Source of the DNA: Eledone cirrhosa
Taxonomy: Eukaryota
Direction: 5' to 3'
Assembly (NCBI GenBank): GCA_964016885.1
Contig: OZ024742.1
Location: 84,258,001 to 84,322,000, forward strand
Length of the DNA stretch: 64,000 nucleotides
Of the stretch, positions 54,637-64,000 are shown piece by piece; position 1 is the first letter of the stretch; the number at the start of each line of letters is the position of its first letter. The notes below the pieces were generated by a model that worked only from the letters and a program-made list of their open reading frames with translations, ran no database searches and was not told the origin of the DNA. The position numbers and the translations under genes were made by a program.

Positions 54637-56340
54637 AAGATGAATTAAATAAAAAATGATCCTGTAATAGATGAGTATTGAGAAATATATGCTTTCTTAT
54701 GAAGAAGTATATTACATTATTAACAAAATGTATCATGTATCTGTGCACACGTGGTTGTGTTTGTACATGCGTTGTCTTAACACCTGTCGGTTAGCTGTTG
54801 TACGTGGTGGTGCTATAGTGATATAATGTGATCTGGTTTTATGAGTATTCTGTGAGAAATCTTTGTAATGTATATTATTGGCGATGAGACTTTTGCTTTA
54901 AGCCCTGAATTGACATATACTCGAATGTTTTCTATCCGGGTGCACCCAATCTTGTATCAAGAATACTGTATCTGGAACCACATTATGCACGGTGTTTTAA
55001 ATAGTTGGAAATTAAAGAAAGATTTGGCTGTCATTTTTAGTAGAGCGAGCGAACACATAGAAGTTCACTCTATCGCTCGAGTGTGTGATATTTGTATGCA
55101 ATATGCCTGGTGTGAGTAACGTGACGTGCGTGAGGTTTGTATGGTGTATGTGTTTTCTCTGTCATGTATGTCGTGGTCATGATACATATATGTAATATGA
55201 GTAGCACGAGAGTGTGTTTGTGTGTGTTTGTGTGTGTTGTGTGTGTTTGTGTAGTGTATGGATTGTCTAACACGAGAGTGTGTTTGTGTGTGTTTGTGTA
55301 ATGTATGCATTGTCATTATTGGACAGATGTTGTGTTGATAGAGTGCTTTTCAGTATTGCTTCTTACGGCGATGGTGTATTCTCGCATTAATTCGAAGAAT
55401 TTTTACTTGTTTTTACAAAATAAAAGCAACATTTGACGTCAAAGCTGCTAGATCACTTATCAAGCATATGACAAGCCTGTTGCTATCTGATTCGTCTTTA
55501 TTTCGAACGATCATTCATAACTATCGTATGTGGAATCCTGTTAAGGGATTTCGTTAATTGTTTGTAGAAACATCTATGCATTTGAGACAAATTTTAAACA
55601 TTATTTTCTTTTATTTCATTACGAAATAATTCTCAAACTTTCCTCTCACACTCTGCATCTCAAAATAGGTATACTATTTATACATATTACATTACAACTA
55701 ATGCAAAATGTAAACATGAGCCTACACGTGACAAATAGATTACCTCCCATAGACACATGCATAAACACTCCAGTACACAAGTAAAGAAGTGCAAGCACTG
55801 ACTGACACCCCCTCTCGCGAATACGCATATAACTGTATACATAAGTGTGTAATTTCGTTCATTTGTATGAATGTAACTAACTTACATAACTTCATACAGA
55901 TGGGATTCTATACACATAACTAAATATTTGTATTGATTCAATACTTACTTCTCTTTTTACATACATATTTCACGGAAAGCACTAAACTTACTCTCCTCTT
56001 GGCTAAGTGTCTTTTTGCTAAGCACCATCACTTTTATTCATTTTTGTTTAGTTTGCTTCACCAACACACATATCATGCTAACATTTCCAGGAAATTTATT
56101 AAAATGAAAAAAAAAAAAAAAAGAAAGGGAAGAACGAAGCAACCACGTAAACAAAAACAATAAAACTATGAGAAACAAACAAAATTCCAGTAAACGTAAA
56201 AACTGAAATGGAATATATATTCTCTCTCTCCCCCTTTCTCTCTGTATATATATATATGTATGATATATATAAGTGTTCAGTAAATCCGAAGAAAACTAGT
56301 GACAGTACCAATGTCAGCACCCGATGTAGAGCAGTATGCA

Positions 56341-56617
56341 TATAAGAAGAAAGTGTAGGTGTTACATATGAGATTTATCGCTCAAACCGGTTACAAACGA
56401 TTCCCAGGTAGCCGACTGGGGATCTGACTTATTTGTGTCTGGCTGGTTCGTCTTCAGATTTGATGTAATTTTTGTTGTGTTAAACACTGGTCTCAGGATC
56501 AGCCAGATTTGTAGTCTTGTCTGGGATGACTCCAGATCACGAGCCGGTTGCCTGGAAAACATTTGTAACCGGGTTGAGCAATAAATCGTATATGTAACAC
56601 CTACATTTGTTCTTATT
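56341..56617. repeat. Fold-back module, ~90-bp imperfect inverted arms
   Basis: TGTAGGTGTTACATAT..GCTCAAACCGGTTACAAA / TTTGTAACCGGGTTGAGC..ATATGTAACACCTACA. Confidence 0.8.
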
Positions 56618-56646
56618 ATATATGTATATATATATATATATATATC

Positions 56647-56797
56647 AATTATCCCAGTGCATTACTGTTGCTTTATTTTATCGTCCCCGTAAGGATAAAA
56701 GGCAAAGTTAACCTCAGCGGGAATAGGAACTCAGACCGTAAAGGGACGTAACTCTATGCTTCAAAGCATGGTGTCCGACTCTCTACCAATACTGCCA
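56647..56797 (-). mobile_element. tRNA-derived SINE
   Basis: Reverse complement of the SINE consensus. Confidence 0.85.
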
Positions 56798-56968
56798 ATC
56801 CATTGGTAGTTAAGATGGGATTAAAACACCATAATTGTTTATTGCATTATATATACATTTCTGTTATAAGGTTATTCATGTGACTCCGTCAGTTGCTTAC
56901 GCAATCAATGGTACAGTTATGCACTCCTTGTGACATGCCCGTGGCCATGCACATCTATCTATCTATCC

Positions 56969-57029
<61 letters not shown>

Positions 57030-57268
57030 GCTATCTATCTCTCTATTAGACGTGTGTAACTTCGCGGAGAAGTTTCCGTTTGTTTATGTAAGAAAAACAC
57101 GTGAGTTTTTAGTTAAATTTTATATTATTGTGTAACTTGACCCCCCCCGTCTGGACCTTCAGGTGGTGGGTAACTCATTTTCGCCCCTACAAGGGCGAAA
57201 TATCCATTTGAAAAAAAATGTTTCTCCATCGAATCTTGGAAAAAATATTGTAAAAGTTTGATTACGTT

Positions 57269-59190
57269 ATGAACGCTGCGTCCAACGATAATGGTGGTGG
57301 AGAGGCGGTAAGACTACAAAGCTCGCAGTCAACAACGTCTTCTTCACTAGATACTATAGAGATGGAAAGACGAAATGAAAATGTAAAAACGAATTCATAT
57401 CCAAACAACACAAATGACACCAAACAGTTCAATGACAACAAAAATAACAGCAACACCAATAATGATGATAAAAGCAACAATGATAACAACAACAAAGAAA
57501 AAAATAAAGACAACACCAATAACACCAGCACCAAAGACAACAACAACATCAAGGAAAATACAAATAATATCAACATCGGTGACAACAAGAATAACAACAA
57601 GAATAACAACAATAATGACAACACCACTAACACGGATTCCACAAAGAAACCAAAAATCTCCTTTGCAGAGAAAGTTAAAAAAAAGGAGGAACTGATATAT
57701 CTCGACATAACAAATGCTGAACAACTTTTAAAGGACGCTAGGAGATATGTCAGTTTCGAAAAAAATGGTGCTTTCAGCATCAATTCTCCGGTAGAAATTC
57801 GCAAGGAAACTGCTCTCAAAACGATAGTTTTTAGGACAGTTTCCAATTCTACCCGAAAACCAATTCGGGTAGAATTGGAAACTGTCCTAAAAACTATCGT
57901 TTTGAGAGCAGTTTCCTTGCGAATTTGATATTGCATTCATTCAAAGAAGCAAACTTTTTGGGAGTATTTCGGTACTCATGAAGGATCAATTGACGGCCCA
58001 AAATTACTCTGTGTCGCCAATTGTATCCAACCTGTACACCTTTTTACCTACATACATGGGATAAAGGACACAAAAGATCAGAATCACGAGTGTCACACCA
58101 AAGGTGAACATATGGTCGATACTGTGCGACTTCATCAATTTTGATGAAGACAGAATACTGTCAGTAGGAAAGTCCCCCAGAGATGTATTCAATGGGACTA
58201 GCATTGAAGTTCTGGTGCAAATGAGCCCAGAGCGAATAGCTATGATCCCACAACGTGTACTCCTGGACGGACTCACCTACATAAACTTTTCGGTTGAGGG
58301 TAGGCGGCCTTCATGTTACCATTGCTTTAGCAGGGGTCACCTGAGGGCTTCCTGTCCTAAATTAATGAATAAAAAAAGGCTCTTCTGCCGACACCCATCA
58401 AAACAACACAACCACCAACACCACCACAACAACACCAACACCAACACACAAAAATAACCACAACAAACACAGTCCCACCCAACCCCACTCCACCTAAAAC
58501 CACTGCAAAATCACATACAGACACAACAGCTCCACAAGACATACCCCTCCCCAATCACACAGACGATACAACAGATGAGGCTATCTCGCCATCACCCAGT
58601 GAAGACGAGGGAGAACCCCATCGCTGAAAAGAAAGAAAAGACATTACAAAAGCAAAAAACCAGCAAACACTACCACAAACATACAACCACCAACACAAAC
58701 AACAAAAACATCACAAACAAAACCCCCACCTCCTGAAAACAAAATACCTACAACAAAACGAAAGCACACACAAGAACTACAGACAAAAACTAACACAACA
58801 CAAGAAAATTACACTTACACTTACATAAACACTGAAAACAAAACACTAATGGAGACCTTCACGAACGACCCTTCGGTGAAAACCGAAGGGAAAACTTTCG
58901 CCCACTCTATTAGAAATAGCAAAAAACTGAACCTAAAACTGATTAGGGTCCCTATACAAACTTATAGGTCCCTAAAAGAAACATTTGAGAAGAATGTGGG
59001 GAATTCCTGCGTGAAACCACTCAACCGCGTCCTTCACAAATGTCTCCCCACCCCAGACACCCCCATCCCACCCCACCAAACATCTCCGTCCCCACCCCGC
59101 CGGAAACCACCACCCATCCAGACAACCTCTCCAACACCCCCATGGAAATCGTGCGGCCTGGTCCTCAGGAGACGAAGGGTGAGTGATCTC
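57269..59190 (+). pseudogene. Tx1 ORF1, disrupted
   Basis: Asn-rich region, KISFAEKVK, CYHCFSRGHLRASC knuckle. Confidence 0.8.
57795..57926. repeat. Perfect 63-bp inverted duplication with a 6-nt spacer inside ORF1
   Basis: 57795-57857 is the exact reverse complement of 57864-57926. Confidence 0.95.
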
Positions 59191-59219
59191 TTTTCCTCTT
59201 TTAACTTTTCAGCACAAAC

Positions 59220-62200
59220 ATGGCCAATATAAGAGTTGGATGTGTGAACGTACGCGGCCTGGGGATGCCCTGGAAACAGGGCAAAGTCTTAAACGACCTC
59301 AGGTCGCACAGTATGGATGTGGTAGCCATTTGCGAGTCTAGGATCCAGAGCGAGCGACAGCTGGCCCCCATCTTCGATGACTTTGAGATCTACGCATCTC
59401 TCTATCAACCGGGGTGGGGGGTGGGGTGGGGGCGGAGTTGCCGTTTTGTTGCGGAAACACCTGGGCCTCGTAACACAGACGGTACATCTGGACCCGCAGG
59501 GTCGACTGGTGGTACTAGACGTTGACGGTAGTGAAGGTGGAGCCTTCAGGCTGGTGGCCGCATATGCCCCATCCGGAACACCGCGGCCAGACTTCTTCAA
59601 ACGTCTAGAGACTTTTCTGGGAACGTCCCGCTCCTTGCTTTTAGTGGGGGACTGGAATGGAATCCTAGATGCACGTTGGGACTATGTGGGAGCATGTCCC
59701 TATAAAGGGGGGTGTAACAGCCTCAAACAGTTAATCGACCGATTTGACCTGGCCGATAGATATCGACTAGATTTTCCGACTGCGCCACTGTGGACGTGGA
59801 GTAATCGTAGCGGAACATCTAGATCGTACCTAGATAGGGTTCTAGTTAGAAATAAGGATAGGGACATGTTAAGCTGTCCACAAATGTTCATGGTTGCCTA
59901 TTCAGATCACAAACTAGTGACCTGCATGGCCAACCTTGATAGAACCCATAGAAAAGGACCCGGCTACTGGAAGCTGAACTTGTCGTTACCGACAAGCAAA
60001 GCCTACAGTAGACGGATTAGCACTTTAGTTAAACAGCACTTGACAGGGGCCATTGTCAACAACAGATGGTGGTACTCTCTCAAGAGGGCAGTTAGATTAG
60101 ACTCGATAGTTTTTAGTAAAGAATTAGCGTTAGATAGAAATAGAACCGAGAAGGAACTGGTAGATAAAGTAGAAGAGGCAATTAGAAGTGGCAACATAGC
60201 CAGCGTGCTAGCAACAAGAACGGCCTTGGACCAGTTCTTCGACGCAAAGCACGAGGGCTGCGTTGTCAGAAGCAAAATACGTGCTCTGGGAAATGAGGGA
60301 GCCAAAGCTGTTAGCTGAGCCCGAGTGACGGAGGCAAAAAGTGGCAACAAGTCCACGATTCGGTCGTTGAAGGACCAAAACGGACGCGTGATACGTGAGC
60401 CGAAGCAGATGTGTGCGGCCTTTCAGCGGCACTTTGCTCAACTGTTCGGGCGGGGCGGCGCGCCGGGAGGGGCTATGGATTTCGGTCCATACCTCGACGG
60501 CCTACCACGACTCTCGGACAGCGAGGCGAAGTTCTGCGAAAAGCCGATTTCAGCCACTGAGATAGGGGACGCGCTGAGCCAATGCGGCAAACGCAAATCT
60601 CCAGGTCTCGACGGTCTACCCTACGAATTTTACGTAGCAATGCCGGACTTATTCTCCGGTCTCCTGGAAGCGGTCTACTGCAACTGGCAACAGAACGGGA
60701 GAATTCCCAGTTCTGTAACCGGGGGCGTGGTCACACTAATCAGGAAGGACGAGAATAAGGGGGATGACATAGGCAACTTCCAGCCCATAACTCTGCTAAA
60801 CAAAGAGTTACAGATTTTGGCCAAGGTGTTGGCAAAGAGGCTGGCGCTTGTCGTCGAGAACCTGGTGGGAGAAGCGCAGACATGCGCAATCCCGACCAGG
60901 TCCATACACGACAACCTCCACCTCATGCGATACATCATAGAGAGGGTAGGGTGTAAACCTGGCTTCGGTGGGGCCCTGATCAACTTGGATCAGTCTAAGG
61001 CTTTCGATAGGGTTGACCATCGTTACCTGGATGCAGTGCTCGAGGCGGCAGGCTTCGGACCAGTGTTCAGGGGCTGGATTGCTGCAATGCACAACAGCAA
61101 CATCTGCTCAAGGGTCAAGGTGAACGGCTACCTCTCGGAGCCGTTCCATATTACGCGATCCATTCGACAGGGATGCCCTCTCTCCTCCCTTCTGTACGTA
61201 CTGACTCTCGAGCCACTACTGCGGAAGCTGGAGCTATTGCAGGGCACTCCTCTGGAACCGGGACTGCGGAAAGCGGCGTCGGCCTACGCCGACGACGTTA
61301 CAGTAATGGTGTCGAGCGCCTCGCAAATCGAGGAAGTCGGCACCTTACTGAAGGAATACGAAAGTCTTACAGGAGCGAAGCTGAACCGGGACAAGTGCAT
61401 CGGTTTGCAACTCGGATCGTGGACGGAAGGACCGGTAAAGCTGCTCGGGGTCTGGTTTGGTCCGGACCTCCAGGTGGAGAAGAACTGGAACGAAGTGATG
61501 GCCAAGGTGTTTGCACTCACCCAGAAATGGGCCGAGTGCAAACTATCCTTGAAAGGTCGAGCGGAGGTGGCGAACACTTTTATAGCGTCCGCCATCTACT
61601 ACCGCTTGACCGTCGTGCCTTGTCCAGCCAAAACGCTCGCCAAAATGTAACGCGCGCTCTTCCGATTCCTTTGGAAGAGGCAGGCTCCTTTGGTGAGAAG
61701 ATCCATCTGCTGCCAACACCCTTCTAACGGAGGGCTGGGGGTGCCGTGGTTGACGATGCGCAAACACGCGCCCAGGCTGCGGCATCTCTACGTATTCCTC
61801 ACCGGACAACCGGTGTGGGCCCCGTTCGTGAGGCGAGCCTTCCCACGACTCGTCTCGCTGACCGAACTGCAGTTCTGGGTCAAGCAAAGACCGAGGAAAA
61901 TGGGCGACTGGCACATCGAATGTGCTCAGGCGCTCACAGCCCTCTGGCAGGCGGACCCGGCGATCAGTGGAGACTCCACTTCGTCATTCTATAGTGGGTT
62001 GGTCCGCAGCAAGTGCGACGACGCGCTCGGTGAAACTCTAGGCGTAGAGGAAGATGAACTGGCCAGTCTGTTCGGTAGGACCTTCCGCCCGGGACCGATG
62101 GACAACTTCCAAAAGTCCTTGCCCTGGCAGTGCTACCAAGGAGCTCTACCAGTTCGCGACAAGCTCTACAGACATGGGCGCCCGGGCAGGGACCCTGCAA

Positions 62201-62650
62201 AAAAGATCTGTCCAAGGTGCGTGCGAGACGAAGAAACCGTCGCGCACGCATTCATACACTGCCCGGGCGTCACTGACCTGTGGGGCTATGTAGAACGACT
62301 ATTGTCGCGGGTGGGACCAATCCAGTTGACCACCGAGTCCATTGTCATGATCAAACCGCCACCCTCCTTCAAAAACGAAGGAGAGGCGGTTTTCCTTTGT
62401 GTGATAGCTATGGCGAAAGAGGTTGTATGGTGGACAAGGTTGAAAGGGCTGAGGTCAGACACCTTTCTCTCCGGCCAACAACTGATTCTTTTTTTCAAAT
62501 ACCACTTTGGAAGAAGAGTCAGGATGGAGTGAGAGGTGCTGTACCCCAGCAAGTTTTATGAAAGGTGGGTGAAAGTGGCGAGAATGGCCCGAGTGAATGG
62601 GCCTTCTCTCTATATCAGCCTGTTGGTTGAGGAAAAGGAGGAGGAGAGGA
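59220..62650 (+). pseudogene. Tx1 ORF2 (APE-RT-CCHC), one frameshift and several stops
   Basis: NVRGL, GDWN, TWSN..SYLDR, SDHK, SPGLDG, DQSKAFDRV, RQGCPLS, YADD, CPRC..ETVAHAFIHC. Confidence 0.93.
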
Positions 62651-63204
62651 AAGGAGTACAAACTCTTCGTACTCCTGGAGATGAGGGTTACACATTTTTT
62701 TTCGGGGGTATGTGTTACCCATATAAACTGTCTCCCTCTAATGGGGAAAATCGACTAACTTTTAAAATTCCATTTGTGATAACATTTTACACGTTTTTAT
62801 TGTATGTAAAATTCCCCCTTTGTATTTGTCCCCTTCTTTTGTGCCCCTGTGGCTAATAAAGAAATATATCTATCTATCTATCTACCTACAATTTCCATCA
62901 ATCAATCTGTCTCTCTGACTGTCCGCAGGCCCGGCTTACTGTTTCTTTAACCGTCTAACTATGTATCTATATATATATATACATGTATAACTATCTAAAC
63001 TCAAACACGCCGCCATTTTTTAATACAAACACTCACACAAATACGTATTAACATAGACACTCACTGACACACACATTTTGAATGAGTATCAACATATTCA
63101 AAAACATGCATAGTTCCTCGAATTTACAATTTTATATACATATATTGTTGTATGCGTGTATATGCGTGTATGCATGCAAGTAAATACTTAGTTATGCAGG
63201 GATT

Positions 63205-63247
<43 letters not shown>

Positions 63248-63799
63248 CTTTTACAAGACTAGAACTGTTTCATTTATGGTGATTTCTTACGAATGAGACA
63301 TTTATAGTATTGTAGAAGTCATTTATAAATATATATGATAAATATGTCTATACGGTACTGACTATCTTATTTAATGTGGTTACTCCCTGACGCAACACAC
63401 GAATCTACATGCTGTACACACACACGCACACATGCACACACACATACACAAACACACACATACACACGCACACATATATATACATGTGTGTGCGTGTTGG
63501 TTATGGTGTTGGAAGTCTAATATTAAGGGTTTCGATTCCTAGAAAGGGTGGCACGTTATTCATTTGATATTGTTCCAATTGGCTGATATGGAAATGAGTA
63601 ACACATCAGCAGGTAATTGAAACCTCATTGGTCATGGATGTGAAGTCTTGCATTATTAGTCGAAGAATACCACTGAAACCGGCATAAAATACAGCTTAAT
63701 GAGCGTTCGGGCTTGTGACATATACGTGCATCTACAAATCTATAATATTTCTTCTAATGGTTTCCGATTTAAGCTCAAAACCAAAAAGGTTCAACCCCC

Positions 63800-63897
63800 A
63801 GTATGTTACTGGTACTTTATTTTATTGATCCAGTAAGATTAAAATGCAAATCAAGGTCGGCGTGATTTTAACTCAGAACGCAAAGGGACCTAACTCT
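63800..63897 (-). mobile_element. Degenerate SINE fragment
   Basis: CTGGTACTTTATTTTATTGATCC..AACTCAGAACGCAAAGGGAC. Confidence 0.65.
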
Positions 63898-63953
63898 TTC
63901 TCCCCCCCCCTCTCTCTCTTTATATATATATATATAGTTTTAATATAGATGAG

Positions 63954-64000
63954 ATTCTACAGGACTAGAACTGTTTCATTTTTTAGAAATCATCAGGAAT
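63954..64000 (-). ncRNA. Type I hammerhead ribozyme (family B relative), cut by the window edge
   Basis: attc-CTGATGA-tttctaaaaaat-GAAAC ag ttctagtc ct GTA-gaat; stem I differs from 11857 but still pairs. Confidence 0.75.

Larger units (their letters stand above)
57045..62866 (+). mobile_element. Full-length Tx1/L1-clade non-LTR retrotransposon (copy 2), flanked by (TATC)n
   Basis: (TATC)n at 56954-57040 and 62867-62883; shares the 5' TAGACGTGTG and 3' end with copy 1; ORF1 and ORF2 present. Confidence 0.93.

Overview
AT-rich eukaryotic (animal) repeat-dense DNA. The tRNA-derived SINE and the (TA)n/(CA)n/(TAC)n/(TATC)n load resemble an octopus (cephalopod) genome; this assignment is inferred. 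I see no supportable host protein-coding gene. Contents: (1) several Penelope-like retroelement (PLE) families of Naiad type (RT + CxCx5C linker + GIY-YIG), one nearly intact with inverted pseudo-LTRs and a single in-frame UGA; (2) more than 15 type-I hammerhead ribozyme (HHR) motifs from about 10 sequence families, mostly in short asymmetric fold-back modules inside (TA)n arrays, including non-canonical cores (U3:A8, U4A, U-U at the base of stem II); (3) two diverged full-length Tx1/L1-clade LINEs, each flanked on both sides by (TATC)n and sharing conserved RNA hairpins; (4) a CR1/L2-group LINE fragment, an R4/Dong-like RLE LINE fragment, a rearranged Helitron, nested non-autonomous Helitrons, many SINE copies, a MITE and an old ~30-bp satellite. 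All calls were made by eye; coordinates may be off by a few nt.
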